Origin: a virus
Length of the DNA: 64,000 bases
Virus record (IMG/VR): IMGVR_UViG_3300047483_000174
Location: 49,051-113,050 of that record
Direction: 5' to 3' (one strand)
This document shows, one piece after another, positions 8,424 to 17,929 of the stretch. The notes under the pieces are model-generated. The model had not been told where the DNA came from and made no database searches. It saw only the letters and a program-made list of their open reading frames with translations. The position numbers and the translations under genes are program-made. Numbering within the stretch: the stretch's first letter is position 1; each line of letters begins with the position of its first letter.

Positions 8424-9446
8424 TTAGTCTGCCTTGCGCTGACGGATCATTGCAAGGATATCAGATGCATCCTGTTTTGGCTTCGCTGGTGAAGAAACGG
8501 AAGCAGCTTTTTGTTTTACCTCGGCTTCTTCATTTGAATCAAAAGGGATGTCGTCATCCACTGGTGCTGGTGCTGATGCCTTCTTAGAAGGTGCAGCCGC
8601 CTGACCATTAGAGCCAGCACTATTGCTGGTAGATTTTGGATTGAACTCACCAAGATCAATGCCGTATGGACGATAGAAGTTCGCCCAACGTTCTGGATCA
8701 TAAAGTTCACCATCAACTGATGCTTCAAACATTTCCACCATGGCGGAAAGTTCTTCTGCATTTGGCTTCTTTGGCATGAAGTCATTTAGATCGCTTAGAC
8801 CGTATTGCTCAATTGCTGCACGTTCTAGTTCGTTCAGTGAACGTTCCTTACGCGCCCAGTTTGAGGTTCCATAGTCCGCATACTGACCATTTTGGGTTTT
8901 GATCAGACGGAAGTCAGTGCCAGCATCGTAATCAGTTGGGACTGTTTCCATATCTGGGTCCATCAGTGCGCCCTTCAGAATTTTGAAAATCTGTGGGGAA
9001 ATGATGAAACGGCGGATTGGGTTTTCTGGTGCATCCTTTTCATCAATAGGATTGGTGACAACAAAGCCTTGGAAAATGTATGAACGCTTCTTCCAATACT
9101 GACTTGCCAGTTTTTCCATTGATGGGTCTTTATACCAAGGACGAATTTCCGCGTGAATAGGGCATTGGTCGCCCCACATTTCAACACAAGGAACTTGAAT
9201 CGTGATTGGCTTGCTTTCAGCAATGCCTTTGATTCCAGAAAATGGTAGCTTGATGATTTGACGCTCACGCCAGAAAAAGTCGTTGGTCGCGTCTGCATCG
9301 GGGAGGAAACGCACAACCGCAGTGCTGTCAACTTCCATATTCCAAAATGGATATAGAGCGTTTGAACCTTGTGATTGGTTTGCGTTATTTTCTGCTTTTT
9401 TGTCTTGTGCCAAAAGTTTCGCACGGATTTCTGCTAGTGTAGCCAT
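8424..9446 (-). CDS. gp32: Single-stranded DNA-binding protein, T4 gp32-like
   Basis: MATLAEIRAKL N-terminus, VRFLPD, YWKKRSY, IISPQIFK, DFRLIKT, acidic tail with DDDIPF. Confidence 0.92.
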   Translation of the reverse strand: MATLAEIRAKLLAQDKKAENNANQSQGSNALYPFWNMEVDSTAVVRFLPDADATNDFFWRERQIIKLPFSGIKGIAESKPITIQVPCVEMWGDQCPIHAEIRPWYKDPSMEKLASQYWKKRSYIFQGFVVTNPIDEKDAPENPIRRFIISPQIFKILKGALMDPDMETVPTDYDAGTDFRLIKTQNGQYADYGTSNWARKERSLNELERAAIEQYGLSDLNDFMPKKPNAEELSAMVEMFEASVDGELYDPERWANFYRPYGIDLGEFNPKSTSNSAGSNGQAAAPSKKASAPAPVDDDIPFDSNEEAEVKQKAASVSSPAKPKQDASDILAMIRQRKAD

Positions 9447-9461
9447 AATATATTTCTCCTG

Positions 9462-9510
9462 TTAGTTAGATATTAGCTAGATATTAGATTTTATGTTAGT
9501 TAGATATTAG
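9462..9510 (-). repeat. CTAATATCTAACTAA-type repeats in the gp32 leader (putative autogenous operator)
   Basis: Two exact 15-mers (9462-9476, 9496-9510) plus a partial copy (9477-9487) immediately upstream of the AGGAG RBS. Confidence 0.8.
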
Positions 9511-9596
9511 GTTTTCTCAACACATCTCATAACAACATGTGTCCATATTACTTATCTTTTGAACAAAAGTCAAGCCCTAAATGCTTGATTTTGAAC

Positions 9597-9629
9597 AAAA
9601 AAATGAGGCGACCGAAGCCACCTCATTTT
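9597..9629 (-). terminator. Terminator after the 774-aa gene
   Basis: AAAATGAGG/CCTCATTTT stem with flanking A-tract on the plus strand. Confidence 0.75.
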
Positions 9630-9649
9630 CATTCGTCCAAGAGGGCCAT

Positions 9650-11974
9650 TTACTCCATTGAATGAACGGCGTCTGCTAGTGATAGGAACAATTCATCTGG
9701 TTCGCCAGATAGTGTTGCTCCGTTGCGATACAACCCATATTCACCAGTTTGTGTTTCAATGACCTCAAACTCTTTGCCATCTGGGGTTTCTACCTCAAAA
9801 CGAAGGCCACCTTCGCCACCAGCAATTTTTGAAACATAGATTGAGTATCCTTCTTTACGAAGGTCACTTACATATGATTGATAGTCTGTGTGTTCGCCAA
9901 GAGGATGTTTGTCACCCTGTTCGGCGTCAACAATATGACCATCCTTTAGGGTTACTTCCATCCAACCATTTGGCGAAATGTATTTCAATGGTTTCCAAGT
10001 AGAACGTCTTCCTTTTACAGTGCCATCTTCTACTCTGCCAATCAACTTATCTGTGATAGGTAGAGCACTTCTTGGTGGCAGAACACGCTTTCCATTGTGA
10101 AGTTTCTTACTCAACAAGTCTTTCAATATTTCGTCGGCATGTTGAAGAACAACCTGTTTTGCTTCTTCCGCAGAAGTTGCCAATACTGGATATGGACGTG
10201 GAGACCAATCCGCATACTTATTACGGTAATAGTTGTTCCAAATAGTGACTTCCCATACTTGTAGGTCGGAAGATGTGTCATCACCTTCTGCTTCGTTGGT
10301 TGCTTTTTTCTTTGAAGTTTTCATTGAATCTTTGGTAGATTTCATGATAGCCTTGCGAGAATCCATCTTTTCCTTGCGCTTGTTAGCAACATCCATCCAT
10401 AACGAATGACTATGGAAGTTTCTACGTGAAGCGTTCTTGATTCTATTTGCGTCTGTCACACCAGCCTGACGTTTTTTTACGTCATCCTTTGCGGCATCTA
10501 AATAACGATTCTTCATATCGTCCGAAATCTCATCGATCTGTTCTGCTTCATCAATACCAAATTCTTCAAAGACCGAATACTTTGACAATGACTCTTTTAG
10601 CATCTTGTCAAACTTCTTGTCAAGTGATTCTGCTACTTCGGCTGGCTTGTCAATCTTGGATAGTTTCAAGAAATAGGTAGCAAGTTGCATTTCTGGTTTG
10701 GTGATTGATTTTGGGTTTGTTTCTAACTTTTCTGACATATCATTCAAGAATAGAGAAATAACCGCAGCACGGTCGTGTCCTTTGTTCTTACGGCGATGGT
10801 CTTCCGTTGTATCAACATCGACACGTGATGCCAAATCTTGGAAGGTAGAAGCCATCTTTGCGTATTGAGATTGTGGAGTGTCTTTATACTGCTGTTTGAT
10901 TTTGTCAAAGTCGTATGACCCACCCGCAGAGAATGAAATTTTGTTTAGCTTCTCACCATTCTCATCTTTAGCAGAAATGATCTGCATGATGTTCTGCACC
11001 TGACCATCACGGTTGGAGCGATATTCTTCTTCGTTCACACGATGAACAAGTGGCAGAATGTCTTTCAAAGATTCTTCAAATGTTGATTTGGTGAACTTTG
11101 AAATGTATGAGTTGATTACGTCTTCTGTTATTTCTTCTTGCTGTTCGGTTTCATTCAACGCCAGAGATTCAACAAACGAAGTGTATCCACGGGAGGTTGA
11201 CAGTTTAGAAATGGTTTCTTTGATTTGACCAATCTTTTTCTTTACGTTGAAAACCACATCACGGTTTGCTTCGTTGATTAGACCTTGCTTAGAAACAATG
11301 CCCATAAACTCTTTTAGTTTGTATAGGTTTTCACTCATTTCAACAATAGCTGAACCAGTGGTATCCATAGGGTTTCCGCCAGATGAAACGTGGCGAGCCA
11401 TAGCGCGAGCACCAGACAAATGCTTGAATGGATATTTGAAACGTTCACCCGCATTGTTTTCGATGAAGATTGCAGAAATATTACGTGAACGAGACCCACG
11501 CTGTTCTTCATTGACTGGCGCACGGTGTCTTACGATTATTTTTGCATTTTCTAATGTCTGTCTACTTGTTCGGCTGGAACCCTCTAATGGGCTAATACTT
11601 TCAAATACATCGTCCACATTCTGCTCCTTATTTTGTTCTATTTTATAGCCATAATGACGAGGTTCAATACGCTTTCCAAAAGTTCTAATATCAAAGTCAA
11701 GAATGTTTCGTCTTGCCAACAATTTCATGTTTTTTGATATTTTGGATACGGTTGGGTCTTCAAGTGATACGTTTTCACCCATATGAAACTTTATTTCGCC
11801 AGTGCTGTCATCAAGAAAAACCATAATGTTTGGGTCTTCAACATAGAAATAACGTGCAGTAGTTGGGTCCGCGACACTCTTTCCGTTTTTATCATCAAAC
11901 ATTTGAACTTGAAGTCCATTCCCACGAATAAACTTCATTATCTTCTCTGCGATTACATTCATATTTACAGCCAT
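9650..11974 (-). CDS. Large hypothetical late protein, putative internal head protein
   Basis: 774-aa ORF with ATAAATA late-type promoter at 12007-12001; modular, with many xxE/NE junctions; no family recognised. Confidence 0.75.
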   Translation of the reverse strand: MAVNMNVIAEKIMKFIRGNGLQVQMFDDKNGKSVADPTTARYFYVEDPNIMVFLDDSTGEIKFHMGENVSLEDPTVSKISKNMKLLARRNILDFDIRTFGKRIEPRHYGYKIEQNKEQNVDDVFESISPLEGSSRTSRQTLENAKIIVRHRAPVNEEQRGSRSRNISAIFIENNAGERFKYPFKHLSGARAMARHVSSGGNPMDTTGSAIVEMSENLYKLKEFMGIVSKQGLINEANRDVVFNVKKKIGQIKETISKLSTSRGYTSFVESLALNETEQQEEITEDVINSYISKFTKSTFEESLKDILPLVHRVNEEEYRSNRDGQVQNIMQIISAKDENGEKLNKISFSAGGSYDFDKIKQQYKDTPQSQYAKMASTFQDLASRVDVDTTEDHRRKNKGHDRAAVISLFLNDMSEKLETNPKSITKPEMQLATYFLKLSKIDKPAEVAESLDKKFDKMLKESLSKYSVFEEFGIDEAEQIDEISDDMKNRYLDAAKDDVKKRQAGVTDANRIKNASRRNFHSHSLWMDVANKRKEKMDSRKAIMKSTKDSMKTSKKKATNEAEGDDTSSDLQVWEVTIWNNYYRNKYADWSPRPYPVLATSAEEAKQVVLQHADEILKDLLSKKLHNGKRVLPPRSALPITDKLIGRVEDGTVKGRRSTWKPLKYISPNGWMEVTLKDGHIVDAEQGDKHPLGEHTDYQSYVSDLRKEGYSIYVSKIAGGEGGLRFEVETPDGKEFEVIETQTGEYGLYRNGATLSGEPDELFLSLADAVHSME

Positions 11975-12009
11975 AGTATGTGTTCCTTATTGTATGATAG
12001 TATTTATCT

Positions 12010-13569
12010 TTAGAATACTACTGGCAGCGGGTCAAGTTCATAGCTGTCATCGTCAAGTGTTTCGCCTAATAAGTTTTCATACTTTTCATCAAAACGAGAT
12101 ATGACCTGAACTTGTCTTACGCACAGCATGGTCGCACTTACCAAGTCATCGTTTTCGCCAAGTTTGGCTTCATAGCTTTTGCCACTTGCGATAAACGTTT
12201 TGAACTCTCGTATCAAGTTTTTACTCTTTGGATGCATCTTATCCGATTCAACCCATGCCTTCAACTTCATACATGATGTAATCTTTGAGCGATGAGTTGT
12301 GGTAAATCCTTTTCTTACTGCCCGTTTTGCGCCAGCCTTCTTTGGTTCATGTAAAAACTCACCAGGAAATAGTTCTTCGCCCATTTCTTCTATAACGATA
12401 ATGGCAGCTTCACCAAGACTATTATTCTCAACGCTCCAATAAATCTCTGGTTGTTTAGCACCAAGTTCTTTTTGAGTAGAATAAATCTCTTTTAGAATTT
12501 CATGAAGTATTCGGACTTGACCTCTTACATCAGTTTTGTTATGTTGCCATTCGGCAACTTGACGCATCTCTGGCAGACTCCAAACTTCAATCGCAGCAAA
12601 GTCTCCCCCAGTTCCCATACTTGGGTCTAGTCCGACCACATATGATACATCCTTCTTGATACTATCGTACCAACGAATTTGGCCTGTTTTTCTAAGTGGT
12701 TCAGCACCTTGTAATGTAGCCAATTTCAAACTTGAAATGAGGGTTTCTTCTGCGGAAATAAATTCGCATCGGTGTTCGCGTCTAAAACGCTCTTCACCGA
12801 CACGACCTTGTTCTTCTTTCGCCCATTGTTCGTCTCTGTCGGGATGCTTATCCCATGTTGATAGATATGGTCGGAATCCATTCACGCCAATTTCGGTTTC
12901 GTTTCCATACTCGTCGACTCTTTTGTTTGCCCCTTGCCATATATGTGCAAATTGGTCATCGTCTAAGTTTGGAGTAGAGGTGATGATAGCTTTACCGCCA
13001 GTGGCAAGAGTAGGAGAGATAGAAGTCCAGAACTCTGTTGCAATAGATGGTCTAACGAATGCAAATTCGTCGCAATATAGTAGAGAAATAGCCAAACCAC
13101 GGCCAGTGTTTTCTGTGGTAGCTTGTGCAATGATACGAGAACCATTGTCAAATTCAATAGAACCCTTGTTGTATGACACAACTCCTGGGCGAATGAAATC
13201 TGGACATAATTCGTAAGCATAACGAATACGGTGCATGATTTCTAACGCACCAGAACCTTTGTGTGCAGCAATGAGAATGGTTTGGTCAGGCTTGAACATT
13301 GCATACCACAACAAATATCCAGCGGCAGTGGTTGACTTGCCCATCTGTCTGCCCAACATTGATATAGAATAACGATAGTTGTGGTATGAATTTACGAGTT
13401 CAACCTGATAATCATATGCAGAATATATCAAACTTCCTTTTGTTGGATGCTGAATATAAAAATAGTTGTTCAAAAAGTAATGCGGGTCATCCATACATTT
13501 ACTGAACTCCAACAACTCATTATTTGTAAATTCAGTTTTTTCGTATGCTTTTTTCGTAAGGTCGGCCAT
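12010..13569 (-). CDS. gp17: Terminase large subunit (T4 gp17-like)
   Basis: RQMGKST Walker A, LLYCDEFAF Walker B, ITSTPN, GLDPSMGTGGDF nuclease motif, NDDLVSA. Confidence 0.96.
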   Translation of the reverse strand: MADLTKKAYEKTEFTNNELLEFSKCMDDPHYFLNNYFYIQHPTKGSLIYSAYDYQVELVNSYHNYRYSISMLGRQMGKSTTAAGYLLWYAMFKPDQTILIAAHKGSGALEIMHRIRYAYELCPDFIRPGVVSYNKGSIEFDNGSRIIAQATTENTGRGLAISLLYCDEFAFVRPSIATEFWTSISPTLATGGKAIITSTPNLDDDQFAHIWQGANKRVDEYGNETEIGVNGFRPYLSTWDKHPDRDEQWAKEEQGRVGEERFRREHRCEFISAEETLISSLKLATLQGAEPLRKTGQIRWYDSIKKDVSYVVGLDPSMGTGGDFAAIEVWSLPEMRQVAEWQHNKTDVRGQVRILHEILKEIYSTQKELGAKQPEIYWSVENNSLGEAAIIVIEEMGEELFPGEFLHEPKKAGAKRAVRKGFTTTHRSKITSCMKLKAWVESDKMHPKSKNLIREFKTFIASGKSYEAKLGENDDLVSATMLCVRQVQVISRFDEKYENLLGETLDDDSYELDPLPVVF

Positions 13570-13570
13570 A

Positions 13571-15289
13571 TTATCCCTTGATTATACTTGACAATTTGAG
13601 AATTTGCTGCAATGATTCATTGTAAATCATCTGTCGTGTGAATATGTTTGCCGCAGTTTTTTCGTCAAACGATGTTTCGCTATCTGGTTTATAGTCATCT
13701 TCCAACAGAGGTGACATACGATCCCATACTTCTTTTTCTTCATCGCTCAAATTATACTTTAGATATTCGTCAACGTTGTATGTGTCAAAATCACTGAACC
13801 ATCCACCGTATGACCCTTTAGCTTTCTCAAAGAAGTATTTGTCATCGTTATAGTCATCTCCATCTTCGTCCATAACAGAAACGATACCATCAATGAAATC
13901 ACGAAGTCTCATTTTAGCAAGAACTTCTCCATTGTCATCTTCGGCAAACCATAGATTTGCAGATGGAAACCCACCATACAATGCGCTGAATAGAATATCT
14001 TTCATAGCCTTCATATCTTCGTCTGAAGGTGCAGTGGCCAACACGCTTGCTTCAATCATGGCTTTACGCATATCCTCATCATATTTACTTTTTGGCATAT
14101 CTTCTGCCATTGCTTTGAGTGTTCTATATTCGTTTACATCACCGTCAATCCCTAAGTCTCTTGCGATTTTTTGCAAATCTTTTTCAGTCAAGTATCTTAG
14201 AACTTCTTCGTAATCGTCAATAGATGGCTTGAAGTTTTCAGCGGCGGCTTCCTTGTCAACAAAACGATCAGAAAAGTCACCGTCCTTTATGCTTTCTTGA
14301 ATATCCGCAAACTTTTCTAACATATCAAAACCAACATCTCTGGCAAAGCGAGACATGTCTCTCCATGTTTCAAGAACAACTTCCTTTTCTTCGGTTCTAA
14401 CTTCATATATACTTGGAAAGTCAAGATCAGAAATAATATTACCCAACTGTTTTGGGTTCTTTTTCAGATAATCAACCAGACCTTCTGCGCCATTTCCATC
14501 CCCAGACATAACTTTACGGCGACTACTGTCTACATATAGGTCACGATGAAGTTCAACGATAGCAATACCTTCAAGACCTTGGTATTTTGTGTTTACCATC
14601 TTGACCCAATTGTTTACCGCATCCACAAACCCAGGGACGTTTGTTCCATATACTCGGTCTTCAATGCCAAAGTATACTTTTTCGTCTGAACTATATGTGT
14701 CATAAAACGGTTTGAGTAGGACACGCCCAGTGGGGTTGTTCAGATTTTTATCGTCGGAAGTAGTGACATAAGCAACCAACGAACCATGTTTTACATCAAG
14801 TGGAACATAATGACGATTGATACCATTCTTTAGGTTCATACAACTTGTCCATCCACGGTCGGTTGACATACCAGCAATATCATAAGGGTGACGAGAAATT
14901 ACAACAATGTATTGGCTTTTGGTTCCTTCACGGCGGCTGTCGTTGTTGAACTGTTGCAGCAAATCATCTCTTTTTAGTTTAGTCAGAACTTTTCCAAGTT
15001 TGATACTTTGCTTTTTTTCTTTGTTGTATACAATACCTTTGACATAATCTTGAATTTCAAAACCAGCGTCAGCCAAAACTTTTTGAATCTCTGGGGGTGC
15101 CATTACAGATTGAACGTTTCTTGATGGCTTACCGATAGGAATAAAAACGCGATAGCCATTTCTATCATGCTCAAAATTATCATCTTTGAAGATGTCTGCA
15201 TATCGTTCTTTATCCCAACCTTTTACGATGGCTCGGTATTGACTTGGCTTTAGGGCTTCTTCTATTTTGTTTATTATGTCACGCATCAT
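13571..15289 (-). CDS. Hypothetical late protein, putative internal head protein
   Basis: 572 aa; late promoter ATAAATA 15316-15310 and GGAG RBS; starts MMRDIINKIEEA and ends ESLQQILKLSSIIK, echoing the ends of the scaffold protein. Confidence 0.75.
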   Translation of the reverse strand: MMRDIINKIEEALKPSQYRAIVKGWDKERYADIFKDDNFEHDRNGYRVFIPIGKPSRNVQSVMAPPEIQKVLADAGFEIQDYVKGIVYNKEKKQSIKLGKVLTKLKRDDLLQQFNNDSRREGTKSQYIVVISRHPYDIAGMSTDRGWTSCMNLKNGINRHYVPLDVKHGSLVAYVTTSDDKNLNNPTGRVLLKPFYDTYSSDEKVYFGIEDRVYGTNVPGFVDAVNNWVKMVNTKYQGLEGIAIVELHRDLYVDSSRRKVMSGDGNGAEGLVDYLKKNPKQLGNIISDLDFPSIYEVRTEEKEVVLETWRDMSRFARDVGFDMLEKFADIQESIKDGDFSDRFVDKEAAAENFKPSIDDYEEVLRYLTEKDLQKIARDLGIDGDVNEYRTLKAMAEDMPKSKYDEDMRKAMIEASVLATAPSDEDMKAMKDILFSALYGGFPSANLWFAEDDNGEVLAKMRLRDFIDGIVSVMDEDGDDYNDDKYFFEKAKGSYGGWFSDFDTYNVDEYLKYNLSDEEKEVWDRMSPLLEDDYKPDSETSFDEKTAANIFTRQMIYNESLQQILKLSSIIKG

Positions 15290-15315
15290 AATCTCCGATT
15301 AGTTTCTTGTATTTA

Positions 15316-16221
15316 TCAATCGGAGAACCATTCATAGTTTATGTCGAAAACTTTATGATGTGTTTTATCATATTCCGTTGTTTCTTCTATGATTTTATTT
15401 AAATCTCCTGCATTCAAGTATGTAGCATTATTGTATTTTTTTCTCACAATAGTGCTTGGTGGTGCAATAATGTATTGCTCAATTGTGAAATAATCATCAT
15501 TGTCTTTTAGTTTGTTTGCCATAAATGAATTTGACGCAAATCTTATACAAGACTGGTGATAATCATTGATATGATGAATCATATCTTCTTTCCATATGGC
15601 ATATGAGTCCTCAATATAAGAAATAACATTTTCTTGAAAGTCATCTAAATACAATTTTTTCAAACAGTGGGAATTGGTTAAAAACATTTTGTCGTTCACA
15701 TGCACCATTGGCATTCTTGAAGATATAACATAGTTCATGTTAGTAACGAACATTCTACTATCAAATGCATTAGTCTCTACGAATCTTTGCAAAAACGAGT
15801 AATCTATATTATTTTTATAAGTTTGATATAATATGTCAGTTCTCATTACATAAATTGCATCGTATTCGGCGGGTAGCATGGATGCTATTTTATGAATTGA
15901 TATTATTTGATGAAATAACATCAAAACATTACTAGGATACAAAAAATCTATTTTCAATTTTTTATGTATTTGGTATGCAATTTTATGTTTATCTTCGTCT
16001 GTCACAAAATCATAAAATGACCTAAATCCATGAGAACTCACCAAGCGATCAATGACATCAATGTGTTCGTCTTCTATTGGGGCAGTAAAAAATCCAATAT
16101 CGATTGTTGTTGGGTCGGGAGACACAATATGATTAGTCATTTGCTTCATAACGACAATGTGATTTTCAATTGTTTGCGTTACATATCTAGGTTGTCCAAA
16201 ATACGCAAACAATATTTTCAT
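15316..16221 (-). CDS. Putative sugar-modifying / glycosyltransferase-like protein
   Basis: N-terminal ILFAYFGQPR and YDAIYVMRTD motifs recall phage GT-A-like proteins with xxxxxSGQPR and R-x-D motifs; assignment by recall only. Confidence 0.45.
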   Translation of the reverse strand: MKILFAYFGQPRYVTQTIENHIVVMKQMTNHIVSPDPTTIDIGFFTAPIEDEHIDVIDRLVSSHGFRSFYDFVTDEDKHKIAYQIHKKLKIDFLYPSNVLMLFHQIISIHKIASMLPAEYDAIYVMRTDILYQTYKNNIDYSFLQRFVETNAFDSRMFVTNMNYVISSRMPMVHVNDKMFLTNSHCLKKLYLDDFQENVISYIEDSYAIWKEDMIHHINDYHQSCIRFASNSFMANKLKDNDDYFTIEQYIIAPPSTIVRKKYNNATYLNAGDLNKIIEETTEYDKTHHKVFDINYEWFSD

Positions 16222-16466
16222 GTTTTTCCCCTTGGTTGAAGAATGATTTTCTTTTCCAAATCTGCGACACGCTTCGATAGGTCGGATAGTTCCTTATCTT
16301 GTGTGGTATCTTCTTCCTCGCCATGCATCGATGAACGCTGGACAAACTTCAAAATAGCAGCCAAATCGTTTGGTGCTTGAGGGTAATGATTTCTAACTTT
16401 GCTTAGTAGACGAGTGGTTTCTGGGTCAAACGGCTCATCAAAAACATCGTCATTTACTTCAGAGTT
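16218..16466 (-). CDS. Start-less 82-codon frame (NSEVNDDVFDEPFDPETT...LQPRGKT*), -1 extension of the 491-aa gene
   Basis: Open in the -1 frame from the A9 run at 16473-16465 to a TGA overlapping the next ATG (ATGA at 16221-16218). Confidence 0.7.
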   Translation of the reverse strand, partial: NSEVNDDVFDEPFDPETTRLLSKVRNHYPQAPNDLAAILKFVQRSSMHGEEEDTTQDKELSDLSKRVADLEKKIILQPRGKT

Positions 16467-17929
16467 TTTTTTTGAGTTGATTCAGTCTTGTAGTATCTTG
16501 ACTTGAAACCAGCTTTATCATACCCAGGCCATGTTTTTCCTGGGTTTTCTTTTTTCCACTTATCTTTGAATTGACGCTGTTCAATATATTCACGGTCTGA
16601 TTGTTCAGCACCAGCCGCACGATGAATTGCATCTCTTGGACCAAGTAGTGGAGCCTCATTCATTGGCGCTTCTGCTTTTTGAACTTTTGTGATATGAAAT
16701 TGCTTTGTCCCACCGTATGAGTCTGGACCAAGATATTCACCAACATCAACCATACTTCCAGTAAAGCCAAACACACGATACAACTTGCCGTTGTTGGTTA
16801 CGAAATCACCTTTTTTGAGTCCACGAGAAACTCGATCCAACTTGTTTGACGCACGTGCCACCCCAGCATAACGGTTGTCTACTTTATTCAGTGGTAGATT
16901 TCTATGACCTCTTGCATCAGATGCTTTGTCAATGTAATTAGTCATAGTCTCTGGTGATAGTTCATCCAGTTGTGATTCTTCATTCGTTGGTTTTGATTTG
17001 GACCATACACCTGTGTTTCTAAGACGTGAGGTGCTTCCATATTCGACTCTTCCGTTGTCGGAAACAGTAAATAATACGCCATTCAATACATATGCTTCTC
17101 TTGGTTTAGAAGAACCGTACCAATCTTTGACGCCGCCAATGTTTTTTGTTTTTGGGTAGTTCTTTAGCCAGTCAATAAACGAATTGACATTATTTCTGGT
17201 TTCAGAGTCGCCCCAATACGAAACGATTTTTCCTGGGTCACGATATCGTGAACCATCTCCACGAGTCCAACTTCCTAAGCCTGGAGGATTGTAATCAACC
17301 CAATTTTTACGCTCTACATTGGAATTGTAAGCGTTGACAATTTGAGATATCTTACTAACCTTACGGGCTTCGTCTATTTTTTCACTTTTTTTTTGAGCGG
17401 ATTCGTTCTTTTGAACAGCCTTGGCAATCTTATGTGCTTTTTTTATGGTTGACTTTTTGAGTGGTGGTTCGTCACCAGCCTCTTTTTTGGCAGCAGCCAT
17501 GCCAACGGCATATGCGTTCTTTGCTTCTTCTAGCTTACTGAACTCTGCAAGTAGAGATTCATAGATATCATCTTCATCTGATGAATACATAAGTGGGTTG
17601 TCACCACGTGACGGCTGAACAAACTTCTTTTGACGTGAAATACTGTCGGCAGTTTTCTTTGAGAAATCATCCAAGTCCAAGTCCTGTGGACCAGTTGGTT
17701 CATACTCAGCTTCTTCAACTGAATCTACGATCTCTACCGTGCCGCCGCATCCGCAATCAGATTCTGGCTCTGCTTGTGGCTGTGGTTGAGTAGCTTGTGC
17801 TTGTGCCAATCCAGCAAGTGTCATTAGACGAACAATCTCATCTGGGTGCTTTGTGCTCACATTGGTTGTGGTTAGTGACTTGCCGTTGTCGTCGGTCACG
17901 GTTAGGTTATAATGCTTATCGCCGTTCAT
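16454..17929 (-). CDS. Modular hypothetical late protein, putative internal head protein, containing two A9 slippage sites
   Basis: 491-aa ORF, ATGA-coupled to the upstream gene; repeated (L/I/N)xE junctions and a DELS...YIDKA module. Confidence 0.75.
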   Translation of the reverse strand: MNGDKHYNLTVTDDNGKSLTTTNVSTKHPDEIVRLMTLAGLAQAQATQPQPQAEPESDCGCGGTVEIVDSVEEAEYEPTGPQDLDLDDFSKKTADSISRQKKFVQPSRGDNPLMYSSDEDDIYESLLAEFSKLEEAKNAYAVGMAAAKKEAGDEPPLKKSTIKKAHKIAKAVQKNESAQKKSEKIDEARKVSKISQIVNAYNSNVERKNWVDYNPPGLGSWTRGDGSRYRDPGKIVSYWGDSETRNNVNSFIDWLKNYPKTKNIGGVKDWYGSSKPREAYVLNGVLFTVSDNGRVEYGSTSRLRNTGVWSKSKPTNEESQLDELSPETMTNYIDKASDARGHRNLPLNKVDNRYAGVARASNKLDRVSRGLKKGDFVTNNGKLYRVFGFTGSMVDVGEYLGPDSYGGTKQFHITKVQKAEAPMNEAPLLGPRDAIHRAAGAEQSDREYIEQRQFKDKWKKENPGKTWPGYDKAGFKSRYYKTESTQKKTLK

